DNA of 39,137 nt from a virus. The notes beneath the pieces were generated by a model that was given only the letters and a program-made list of their open reading frames with translations, was not told where the DNA came from and did no database searches. Location: IMG/VR virus record IMGVR_UViG_3300048599_000025; one strand, given 5' to 3'. Shown here one piece after another: positions 32,209-39,137 of this stretch (positions are counted from its first letter, which is position 1; the number at the start of each line of letters is the position of its first letter). The translations under genes were made by a program, and so were the position numbers.

Positions 32209-32474
32209 GCAGCCAAACGCAAAGCCGTGTAAAAATACGTAAACCACATCGCTGCTGGGGATGCGCTATGAAATACCCAGCAGGGACGATGATGGATGTG
32301 AACGTAACATTTGACGAAAAACCAAGCCGCGCCTACTGGTGCGACGTGTGCACTGAATACACATCGGAGTATATGGAGCCTGGAGACACAGTCGGATTCG
32401 GAGAGATAAAACAGAACGATTCAGAACTGTGGGAAGAAATCAAAGCGAAGCAGGAGAGGGAGGCACAGGCATGA
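32205..32474 (+). CDS. Hypothetical zinc-binding protein
   Basis: 89 aa. CWGC...CDVC. ATGA coupling at both ends. Confidence 0.5.
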   Translation: MSSQTQSRVKIRKPHRCWGCAMKYPAGTMMDVNVTFDEKPSRAYWCDVCTEYTSEYMEPGDTVGFGEIKQNDSELWEEIKAKQEREAQA

Positions 32475-32635
32475 TTAACGATTTTATCGCTGGCGGCGTG
32501 ACGTTCCTTGTAATCTTCCTGCTTGGCGCTGGCATCGGCGCGTACCTTGCAACGCCAAAACAGGCCGAACAGAAAGAGCCGGAACCTGAGTTTAGCCATG
32601 TTGAAGGAGGTAAGCGGATATGCCAGAGGGTGTGA
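32471..32635 (+). CDS. Small single-TM protein
   Basis: 54 aa from ATG 32471 (ATGA overlap). TM helix GGVTFLVIFLLGAGIGAYL. Confidence 0.4.
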   Translation: MINDFIAGGVTFLVIFLLGAGIGAYLATPKQAEQKEPEPEFSHVEGGKRICQRV

Positions 32636-32925
32636 AGGTGCTGAGTAGGCTGGAAGCGGCTGTGTTGGGGGTTTACTTAGCGGGAGCGCAATGGATGATT
32701 TGGTTTCGGGCGCACCCATCCGTGAGCAAGGAGTATGTTTTTTGCAAGGACACAAAGAAAAATCTTGGCGAGGGGTACAGGGCTTGCGGTGTGATGGTTG
32801 ATGTTTATAACGACATCTCCATTCAACGAGGGTTCCTGACGTTGTGCAACGGAGAAAACGGACGCCTTGAGTTGCGCCCCTGGCTCACCGCGCACGGCAT
32901 TGTGCCGCCGGAGGTGAGGGAATGA
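32620..32925 (+). CDS. Hypothetical protein
   Basis: 101 aa. GAAGGAGG lies 9 nt upstream. Confidence 0.5.
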   Translation: MPEGVKVLSRLEAAVLGVYLAGAQWMIWFRAHPSVSKEYVFCKDTKKNLGEGYRACGVMVDVYNDISIQRGFLTLCNGENGRLELRPWLTAHGIVPPEVRE

Positions 32926-33284
32926 GCGGGTACGGAATCACTCTTGGAGATGGAAAAACAAGCATTGGTGTGCGCTCATGCAAAATTGATGGAATCCCTG
33001 CGGTCGCAGTAACATTTTGCGAATTGAGCGAGGCGCGCACTCCAGGTAGTCGCGTTTCATCTGATACCCCAAAAATAGAGCCTTACTTCTGCATCACTTT
33101 TACCGACAAACGCTCGCTCGGTTCGCTCATAAGAAAGTGCGTAGATGCGCTTACGTACTTTGACCAGCTTATGCCTGAGATTTCCGCCATCCCGCCCACG
33201 TCCACCAACACCCAAATCAACGCCACCATCTATGCCCGCGACGGCTCCGAGTACGACCAGCGGCAGGGTGTGCCGAATGTATAA
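32922..33284 (+). CDS. Hypothetical protein
   Basis: 120 aa, ATGA coupling. Confidence 0.5.
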   Translation: MSGYGITLGDGKTSIGVRSCKIDGIPAVAVTFCELSEARTPGSRVSSDTPKIEPYFCITFTDKRSLGSLIRKCVDALTYFDQLMPEISAIPPTSTNTQINATIYARDGSEYDQRQGVPNV

Positions 33285-33405
33285 CCGCTTCGACGGCTAC
33301 CCGAACGGAGAGCGCCCGCCCCGACCCTTGACTGTGCTGGAGATGTGGCAGGAGGTAGGGGACGATCCCGCAGACGATATGGAGGATAAAGATGCATCAG
33401 ATTGA
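33277..33405 (+). CDS. Small acidic hypothetical protein
   Basis: 42 aa from the internal ATG 33277 (ATGTATAA overlap). Confidence 0.3.
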   Translation: MYNRFDGYPNGERPPRPLTVLEMWQEVGDDPADDMEDKDASD

Positions 33406-33598
33406 TGGAATAAGGCACCGCGGACCTGAGTGTGTAAAGCACGTAATTTTGATTCTTGTTCTTTGTGTTGTTGGACGCGGAACACAGGACGATCCCGTGC
33501 GGAACATTGAACAGTATTGGGACTTCAACGGCAAAAAACTCTTTGAAATAGACCGTTGGTTGATCGAAAGGAAGCGTTCCAATGAAAACACTGATTAG
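33392..33598 (+). CDS. Hypothetical protein
   Basis: 68 aa, overlaps both neighbours. Confidence 0.4.
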   Translation: MHQIDGIRHRGPECVKHVILILVLCVVGRGTQDDPVRNIEQYWDFNGKKLFEIDRWLIERKRSNENTD

Positions 33599-34475
33599 TA
33601 CCGCCAATATGCCCCGCGAAGAATGGTTGCAATGGCGTAAGAAGGGAATAGGCGGAAGCGATGCGGCAACCGTTGTTGGCCTGAACCCCTACTCGTCCTT
33701 GCTTTCCCTGTACGCTGAAAAGCTGGGGCTGCTTCCTGAAAAAGAGGATACCGAGCAGATGCGGCAAGGCCGAGACCTGGAACAGTATGTTGCTGAACGC
33801 TTCATGGAGGCAACCGGGAAGAAGGTCAAGCGGCTCAATGCCATGCTTGTGCATCCTGAGAACGACTTCATGATTGTAAACCTTGACCGGGTTGTTGTTG
33901 GGGAAAACGTACCGCTCGAGTGTAAGACAACAAGCGTCTACAACAAATCGGACTTTGAAAACGGGGAAATACCGCCTTACTACTACGTTCAGGTGCAGCA
34001 TGAATGCGCGGTATATGGCGCTCCGTATGGATACCTGGCGGTGTTGGTTCTCAATAAGGGGTTTTTCTGGTATCGCATCGATGCAGACCCGAACGAACAA
34101 GCCGCCCTGATCTCAGCAGAGCGCAAGTTCTGGTATGAAAACGTCATGGCTCAGGTTCCGCCCGACCCCGATGGAAGCGAATCCGCCCGTGAGGCTGTAC
34201 AAGCCCTTTGCAGCCCCAAGGACGAGCCTACAGGCGAAGCCCTCCTGCACGACATGGACAAGGACATAGCGCGTCTGCTGGCCTTACAGGAGCAAATAAA
34301 GCCTATACAGACCGAAGTGGATGCAATCAAACAAAAGATAGCGCTTGCCATCGGTGAAAACGCCTACGGCATGAGCAACGTCGCAAAGGTAAGCTATCTC
34401 ACCCAATATCGAAAGGAACACATGGTAAAAGCCAGTGTATCCCGTGTGCTGCGCGTAACCGCGCTGAAAGGATAA
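33582..34475 (+). CDS. YqaJ-type viral recombinase exonuclease (lambda Exo-like)
   Basis: 297 aa. EEWLQWRKKGIGGSDAATVVGLNPY..., ...LECKT... and YYYVQVQHE motifs. Confidence 0.85.
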   Translation: MKTLISTANMPREEWLQWRKKGIGGSDAATVVGLNPYSSLLSLYAEKLGLLPEKEDTEQMRQGRDLEQYVAERFMEATGKKVKRLNAMLVHPENDFMIVNLDRVVVGENVPLECKTTSVYNKSDFENGEIPPYYYVQVQHECAVYGAPYGYLAVLVLNKGFFWYRIDADPNEQAALISAERKFWYENVMAQVPPDPDGSESAREAVQALCSPKDEPTGEALLHDMDKDIARLLALQEQIKPIQTEVDAIKQKIALAIGENAYGMSNVAKVSYLTQYRKEHMVKASVSRVLRVTALKG

Positions 34476-34478
34476 AAT

Positions 34479-35303
34479 ATGCAAACTCAAATCACAAACA
34501 GCCCCACCAATACCACCGGCATGATCGGACAGGCGGCGGCCGCAAAAGAACTTTCCACAAAAAAGGCAAGCCCAGCCACCATCATGAACCAGATCGTTAA
34601 CGCCGCCTCTACGCAGGAACTTATGAAACGGAGCCTGGGGGAAAACGCCGGGGCTTATACCGCCTCTATTATCGACCTTTACAATACCGATAAAGGGCTT
34701 CAAGAATGCGATGCCGGCCAGGTGATGCGGGAATGCCTCAAGGCCGTATCCCTCAAACTGCCTATCAACAAACAACTTGGTCTTGCATGGGTTATTGCCC
34801 GCAAAAAGAAGGGCGTACCGCTTCCCGCTTTCCAAATCGGCTACAAGGGATATGTTCAGCTTTGTATGCGCACTGGGGCATATAGGTATCTCAATGCTGA
34901 CATGGTGTACGAAGGTGAACTGAGAGCGGCAGACAAGCTCACCGGGGCTATCGACCTGAACGGCGAACGCACCAGTGATACAGTGATAGGCTATTTTGCC
35001 TACATGGAAACGCTCAACGGATTTTCCAAAGCCATCTACTGGCCGACAAAGAAGATCACCGAGCACGCTAAGAAGTATTCCCCCTCTTTTTCTTTCTCCG
35101 ACAGCGCATGGCAGACAGACTTTGACGAAATGGCAAAGAAAACCGTACTGTCTGAACTGCTGCGCAAGTGGGGCGTGATGTCTGTTGAAATGGAAACTGC
35201 GTTCAACGCCGACAATGCCGATGCGGCGGATCAGCAGATCGTAAGCGACCAGCCTGCAATACCTGCGGAAGGTGAAGTTGATGAACTGGACCGGGCGGAG
35301 TAA
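34479..35303 (+). CDS. recT: RecT-family single-strand annealing protein
   Basis: 274 aa. Typical RecT core (…LPINKQLGLAWVIARKKKGVPLPAFQIGYKGYVQL…) with an acidic C-terminus. Follows the exonuclease gene. Confidence 0.9.
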   Translation: MQTQITNSPTNTTGMIGQAAAAKELSTKKASPATIMNQIVNAASTQELMKRSLGENAGAYTASIIDLYNTDKGLQECDAGQVMRECLKAVSLKLPINKQLGLAWVIARKKKGVPLPAFQIGYKGYVQLCMRTGAYRYLNADMVYEGELRAADKLTGAIDLNGERTSDTVIGYFAYMETLNGFSKAIYWPTKKITEHAKKYSPSFSFSDSAWQTDFDEMAKKTVLSELLRKWGVMSVEMETAFNADNADAADQQIVSDQPAIPAEGEVDELDRAE

Positions 35304-35345
35304 TCCGCCCCAGCCCTTTCCCCCAAGGCCGAGGATGGTTCTGGC

Positions 35346-35432
35346 ATGGGCGACATGGGCCAGGGTGCGCAGGCAAGCAGCAGGGATGCAAGCGGGTTTA
35401 CGCAGGTGGATGAAGATGAATTGCCGTTTTGA
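35346..35432 (+). CDS. Candidate 28-aa micro-ORF or read-through extension ending in an SSB-type acidic tip (DEDELPF)
   Basis: MGDMGQGAQASSRDASGFTQVDEDELPF. GAGGA lies 10 nt upstream. It is in the same frame as recT, and all 43 codons between the recT TAA and this stop are open. Confidence 0.3.
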   Translation: MGDMGQGAQASSRDASGFTQVDEDELPF

Positions 35433-35440
35433 GGTGAAGC

Positions 35441-36109
35441 ATGCTTGAATCCGGCTTTTATTTAATGGACTGCATGGACGGCATGGCGCAGTTCCCGGAT
35501 AAGTTCTTTGAGTTGGCGATAGTGGACCCGCCGTATGGGATCAACATCAACATGAACCAAGGCAGGCGCAAGGGCGATATTATCAAGCACGCAAAGAAGG
35601 AATGGGATAAAGACGCTCCGACGCATTTGTTTTGGGACGAGTTGACAAGGGTTTCTGTAAACCAAGTAGTGTGGGGAGCCAACAATTTTGCTTGGCTTCC
35701 ACCTCACAACGGATGGGTTGTGTGGGATAAGGACATAACCGGTGACGTGCCATTTTCAAAGGCAGAGCTTGCGTACAACAGCATTATTAATGCGGTTGAT
35801 ATGGTAAAAATACGGGCGCAAACAGGAGAAGAAACGTACGCAAATAAAATCCACCCCACACAAAAGCCCATAGCCCTCTACAAGTGGCTCCTGACCAACT
35901 ACGCCAAGCCCGGTGACAAGATGCTTGACACGCATGTCGGCAGCGCATCCAGCCTTGTGGCGTGTCATCAGATGGGCTTTCAATATTGGGGCTTTGAGTT
36001 GGACCCGGACTACTTCAAGGCAGCCACTGAACGGCTGGAAAAGGCCAAGGCGCAGGTGAGTTTGTTTGATAATGTGCCACAACTCAAGGCTGAACAAGTT
36101 GGATTCTGA
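35441..36109 (+). CDS. Orphan DNA N6-adenine methyltransferase (N6_N4_Mtase family, beta-class order)
   Basis: 222 aa. Has VDPPYG near the N-terminus and the AdoMet-binding-like MLDTHVGSASS plus HPTQKP near the C-terminus. No adjacent restriction gene. Confidence 0.85.
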   Translation: MLESGFYLMDCMDGMAQFPDKFFELAIVDPPYGININMNQGRRKGDIIKHAKKEWDKDAPTHLFWDELTRVSVNQVVWGANNFAWLPPHNGWVVWDKDITGDVPFSKAELAYNSIINAVDMVKIRAQTGEETYANKIHPTQKPIALYKWLLTNYAKPGDKMLDTHVGSASSLVACHQMGFQYWGFELDPDYFKAATERLEKAKAQVSLFDNVPQLKAEQVGF

Positions 36110-36139
36110 CCCTACCCGCACAAAAGGGGGTGATTACAT

Positions 36140-36898
36140 TTGGCCTGGATAGAGCTACATGATACCCTTGGCTCTCACCGCAAGACATACGCACTTGCCG
36201 AAACCCTGGACATCCCGCAATACGCCGCCGTTGGGCTGCTTTGCCTCCTGTGGACATGGGCACTCGATAACGCACAAGACGGCGACCTTTCAGAGTTCCC
36301 GCCTCACGCAATCGCCAGAGCTTGCTTTTGGCAAAAGAAACCGGAAACGCTTGCAGATTCTCTTATCAAGTGCGGATGGATGGATGATAACATGCACCTG
36401 CACAACTGGGAGAATTACGCTGGCAGGTTGATAGACAAACGGCAGGAAGAAAAGCGCAGGGTGGCGGCGTACCGTACAGGAAAAAAACCCGCACGTAACG
36501 CGTACAGTACGCGTACAGAACATGTACAGTACGCGTCTACCGTACCTAACAGTACCGTACCTAACAGTACAGTACCTAATAACGGAGTGATTAACGCACG
36601 CGAGGACCATTCCAGCTTTATCTCCCTTGAAGATGCTCAAGCCTTGCAAGCCGAAATAGACACCGTTCGCCGTGAAGCCCTACACTGCGGCTTGCCTGTA
36701 ACAGACTTGGCAATGGACGAGGCGCTTGCACTCAAAACAGCTCATGGGTTGGACAAGCTGCTTGAGGCTATGCGCAAGACAGGCAAGCAGACGAAGGACA
36801 AGTGGACATGGGCATATGTTGGCGGAGTGCTCACAGGCAAGGGCAAGCCCACACAGGACACCAGCAACCCGTTCGCGGCGATGCTGGGGAAAGGGTAA
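36140..36898 (+). CDS. Replication initiation/replisome-organizer-like protein
   Basis: TTG start 9 nt after AAAGGGGG. 252 aa. Contains internal DNA iterons (see repeat feature) and lies upstream of a helicase-loader-like gene. The family assignment is tentative. Confidence 0.55.
   Translation: MAWIELHDTLGSHRKTYALAETLDIPQYAAVGLLCLLWTWALDNAQDGDLSEFPPHAIARACFWQKKPETLADSLIKCGWMDDNMHLHNWENYAGRLIDKRQEEKRRVAAYRTGKKPARNAYSTRTEHVQYASTVPNSTVPNSTVPNNGVINAREDHSSFISLEDAQALQAEIDTVRREALHCGLPVTDLAMDEALALKTAHGLDKLLEAMRKTGKQTKDKWTWAYVGGVLTGKGKPTQDTSNPFAAMLGKG
36468..36582. repeat. Iteron cluster, putative origin of replication
   Basis: GTACAGTACGCGT at 36502 and 36524. 15-bp unit TACCGTACCTAACAG in tandem at 36538 and 36553, with a degenerate third copy at 36568. 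GTAC occurs 11 times in 36474-36575. Confidence 0.6.
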
Positions 36899-36904
36899 AC
36901 GTAA

Positions 36905-37168
36905 ATGAAAATAACGACAACCCGAACCGAAACAAAGGAAATCACCAACTTCCATGAAAAGCCGTTTTCCTTGTTTGGCAAGTTCCGTGAAGTCAGAGAA
37001 AGGCACGACCAGACAATGAAGTGGTTTAACGCCTGCGCGGTTTGCGGAAAACCGTTTCAAGATAGCGACCAAGCGTATTTCTGCACGGTTACAGGCAAAG
37101 GAAACCGCCTAGCCTGTGGGGATTGTAATACAAAAGGACTTGCTGAAAAGGATGCGTCTTTCATATGA
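36905..37168 (+). CDS. Hypothetical zinc-binding protein
   Basis: 87 aa. CAVCG...CGDC. Confidence 0.5.
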   Translation: MKITTTRTETKEITNFHEKPFSLFGKFREVRERHDQTMKWFNACAVCGKPFQDSDQAYFCTVTGKGNRLACGDCNTKGLAEKDASFI

Positions 37169-37488
37169 CCCGCGACGATACAATCAAACTTCTTGCCGTC
37201 CTGTTTGTGGCCTACCCGAAGTTCTACGCCGGAACAGATCAGGCCGGGAAAGAGGCTGCCGCAAATCTCTGGTACGACATGCTGCAAGAGTATCCACCCG
37301 ATGCGGTAAACGCGGCCATGCGGCAGTACATCAAGGAATCGCAGTGGCCTCCGACAATAGCGGACATCATCAAGCGGCTGGAACCGATCATGGAGCAAAT
37401 GCACATGATGCAAATCGCGGCAGCATCGTATCACGCGGCGCTGGCGGCGGGAGAAATACAGGAACGAATCGAAGGAGGGCTAAAGTAA
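37165..37488 (+). CDS. G39P-like helicase loader (loader/inhibitor of phage G40P family-like)
   Basis: 107 aa. ...AANLWYDMLQEYPPDAVNAAMRQYIKESQWPPTIADII... fits the family pattern. Lies within the replication module. Confidence 0.5.
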   Translation: MTRDDTIKLLAVLFVAYPKFYAGTDQAGKEAAANLWYDMLQEYPPDAVNAAMRQYIKESQWPPTIADIIKRLEPIMEQMHMMQIAAASYHAALAAGEIQERIEGGLK

Positions 37489-37775
37489 TGACCGAGCAAC
37501 AAAAGAAACTGGTGCAGGAGATACGGGAGTTTGCGCGGGATATTCTAAATAACCAACTGGACACAAATGCCGAGGTCCGAATTGGCGATGGAATAAACGA
37601 AGCCCTTGACGCTCTGGATGTCGTCGGGAAGTGCAAGGCGGTTGATGCCTTGGACTTCGGAGAAAACGGCGTTATGTCTGGTTTAGTTTCGGTATGTGAT
37701 AAGTGCGGGCGCAAACTTGTACAAGAGGATAAGCACTGCTCCGGATGTGGTTGCGAGATAGAGGCGACAGAATGA
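37488..37775 (+). CDS. Hypothetical protein with a C-terminal zinc ribbon
   Basis: 95 aa from the internal ATG 37488 (TAATG junction). CDKCG...CSGCG. Confidence 0.5.
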   Translation: MTEQQKKLVQEIREFARDILNNQLDTNAEVRIGDGINEALDALDVVGKCKAVDALDFGENGVMSGLVSVCDKCGRKLVQEDKHCSGCGCEIEATE

Positions 37776-38152
37776 GCCAAACCTTCACTGTCCCTTGGCG
37801 GCTTGATGGTATGAACGAGTACACCGCCGCGAACCGGTCAAATGCATTTTCTGGCGCAGCCATGAAGAAGCGCAACGAGGAAATCATTTTCTATGCCATC
37901 AGGGAGGCCCGCATACAGCCCGTAAGCAAACCGGTGACACTTTCATACGTCTGGACGGAACCGGGCGGTAAACGCGACGCAGACAACATAGCGGTGGCAC
38001 AGAAATTCGTGCAAGATGCGCTTGTGTCTGCCGGGATACTGAAAGATGACAACCTGAAACATGTGTGCGGATTCAACCATGCGTTTCAGGACGGAAAGAA
38101 GCATGGTGTACAGGTGACGATTATCGAGGTGGACGAACAAAAGGAGGTATAA
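37772..38152 (+). CDS. rusA: RusA-like Holliday-junction resolvase
   Basis: 126 aa from ATG 37772 (ATGA overlap). ...GKRDADNIAVAQKFVQDALVSAGILKDDN... matches the RusA DxDN/DD catalytic region. Confidence 0.7.
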   Translation: MSQTFTVPWRLDGMNEYTAANRSNAFSGAAMKKRNEEIIFYAIREARIQPVSKPVTLSYVWTEPGGKRDADNIAVAQKFVQDALVSAGILKDDNLKHVCGFNHAFQDGKKHGVQVTIIEVDEQKEV

Positions 38153-38155
38153 CCC

Positions 38156-38515
38156 ATGATTAACCTTTTCGGCGGCTATGCGATAGATGCGGATTCTGAC
38201 CAATTCATTCTAGGCAAACCCTGCAAGCGCAAAACGAAGGTAAAAGACAAAGACACGGGCGAGGAAAAAGAAATCGAAGTGGACGCACTTTCTGCCCAAC
38301 GGTATTATCCTACACTTGGAACGGCTCTATACGGCGCGTACAAGACGCTACAGCGAGACATGGTACATAGTGACACCATGAGCCTGCAAGAGGCCATGCA
38401 AGCCTGTACGGAGCTTGAGCAGCGTATTATGGCCTGTGGTGGCGCGGCGGCATTGCGCACAGTGATGCAAGTAAACGGCGCAGATGAAGATGCGAACGAA
38501 TACGAGGAGGCCTGA
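38156..38515 (+). CDS. Hypothetical protein
   Basis: 119 aa, AAGGAGG RBS. Confidence 0.5.
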   Translation: MINLFGGYAIDADSDQFILGKPCKRKTKVKDKDTGEEKEIEVDALSAQRYYPTLGTALYGAYKTLQRDMVHSDTMSLQEAMQACTELEQRIMACGGAAALRTVMQVNGADEDANEYEEA

Positions 38516-38517
38516 CC

Positions 38518-39137
38518 ATGGGAGAAAGTTTTGTCAAGGTGATGGAGATTGCGAAGCGGTTTGCAAATCACGAAAGAAAAGTAAACACCGGAAAAGGACT
38601 GCCAGATTGGTACAGGAACGCATTCGCTATTACCGCGTTTGCTGAAAAGAAAGACTTTGAGGCCGCTGAGCGCAACCTGCTTGCCTGGGCCGCAGAGCAC
38701 CCGGACCCGAACGAAACAAAGGAGGAAAAGCCGGTGAGCAAGCCCGAAGTTATATGCCTTTGCGGGCCTTTACGTTTCATGGACGCATTCAGACAAGTGG
38801 AATACATGTTTGAAATGCAGGGCGCAATTGTGGTTGGGCCAAGCTTTCTACCGGGAGCGACAACGCACGACGGAACCACAGGATGCACGCCAGAGCAAAA
38901 AATCATGCTGGACGAATTGCACAAGCGCAAGATTGACATGTGCGATAAGGTTTATGTGATAAACGTTGGAGGGTATATCGGCGAGAGCACAAAAAGCGAG
39001 ATAGCATATGCTCAAAAGACGGGGAAGCCCGTCGAATATCTTGAAAGCCGTCCCCGCCTGACCCCGGAGCAGGTGGAAACGCTCAAATGGCTAAAGAAGG
39101 GCGGGTATGTTTGGTTGTGCAGGGCCAGCAGTGGTGA
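38518..39137 (+). CDS. N-terminal part of the junction-spanning CDS (263 aa in total; possible nucleoside 2-deoxyribosyltransferase-like Rossmann domain)
   Basis: ATG 38518. The ORF has no stop before the window end and continues in frame to 299. The central segment VICLCGPLRF...KIMLDELHKRKIDMCDKVYVINVGGYIGESTKSEIAYAQKTGKPV resembles DUF4406/NDT-like proteins. Confidence 0.55.
   Translation, partial: MGESFVKVMEIAKRFANHERKVNTGKGLPDWYRNAFAITAFAEKKDFEAAERNLLAWAAEHPDPNETKEEKPVSKPEVICLCGPLRFMDAFRQVEYMFEMQGAIVVGPSFLPGATTHDGTTGCTPEQKIMLDELHKRKIDMCDKVYVINVGGYIGESTKSEIAYAQKTGKPVEYLESRPRLTPEQVETLKWLKKGGYVWLCRASSG
39011..39137. repeat. Terminal overlap, copy 2 (identical to 1-127)
   Basis: Same 127-nt string as the window start. 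Confidence 0.95.

Larger units (their letters stand above)
1..39137. mobile_element. Complete temperate tailed-phage genome (siphovirus-type, HK97-like head). Circular assembly with a unique length of 39,010 bp.
   Basis: Full set of lysogeny, replication/recombination, packaging, head, tail and lysis modules. The exact 127-bp overlap between the two ends closes the circle, and one ORF reads in frame across the junction. Confidence 0.9.

Noticed and set aside
34284-35066. 260-aa - strand ORF antisense to recT, plus 33525..34100 antisense to the exonuclease
   Set aside because: The + strand genes have clear family motifs. The - strand ORFs have no motifs and no start context.
36538-36582. Short tandem repeats considered as a possible CRISPR-like array
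   Set aside because: The units are contiguous with no spacers, only 15 bp long and inside a coding region. They fit replication iterons, not CRISPR.
37116-37487. N-terminal 124 codons of the long + ORF 37116..37775
   Set aside because: This part is Arg/Gly-rich junk that overlaps the G39P-like gene in another frame. Only the part from ATG 37488 (TAATG junction) is kept.

Overview
The window is a complete, circularly closed genome of a temperate siphovirus-type phage. Bases 1-127 are identical to 39011-39137, so the unique length is 39,010 bp. Strong AGGAGG-type ribosome binding sites, about 50% G+C by eye, and the protein families present suggest a Firmicutes/Clostridia host. Almost all genes are on the + strand.

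Modules in order:
- Early region of small, often zinc-ribbon, proteins (296-3035).
- RinA/ArpU/DUF1492-like late regulator (3032-3472).
- A 415-bp gene-free, hairpin-dense island (3473-3888).
- HTH-metallophosphoesterase, DUF3310 and HNH genes (3892-6106).
- terS, terL, portal, prohead protease and HK97-type capsid (6189-11421).
- Neck genes, major tail protein, tail chaperone pair, tape measure, Dit and a 1413-aa Tal/receptor-binding protein (11477-23491).
- A split lysis cassette (24169-25930).
- A promoter-to-terminator moron (26107-26381).
- Putative attP, and tyrosine integrase and CI-like repressor on the - strand (26390-28265).
- Cro-like, Xis-like and antirepressor genes, peptide deformylase and a Lar-like protein (28417-30376).
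- Unknown small genes (30363-33598).
- YqaJ exonuclease, RecT and an N6-adenine methyltransferase (33582-36109).
- Replication organizer with internal iterons, a G39P-like loader and RusA (36140-38152).
- A CDS that crosses the circular junction (38518 -> 299).

Most interesting non-standard signals:
1. The recT stop codon is followed, in frame, by 43 open codons encoding an SSB-type disordered linker that ends in DEDELPF.
2. The structured non-coding island ends in a 72-nt non-canonical cloverleaf followed by a T-run.
3. An A6 run where a +1 shift, or a 1-nt indel, fuses two tightly packed ORFs upstream of the tail chaperone genes.
4. A putative Acb2/Tad1-like nucleotide-sponge gene sits inside the lysis cassette.
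5. A counter-defence/host-takeover set: peptide deformylase, Lar-like protein and an orphan methyltransferase.

No CRISPR array, rRNA, transposase or reverse transcriptase is visible. All family assignments come from motif recognition by eye and were not checked against any database.
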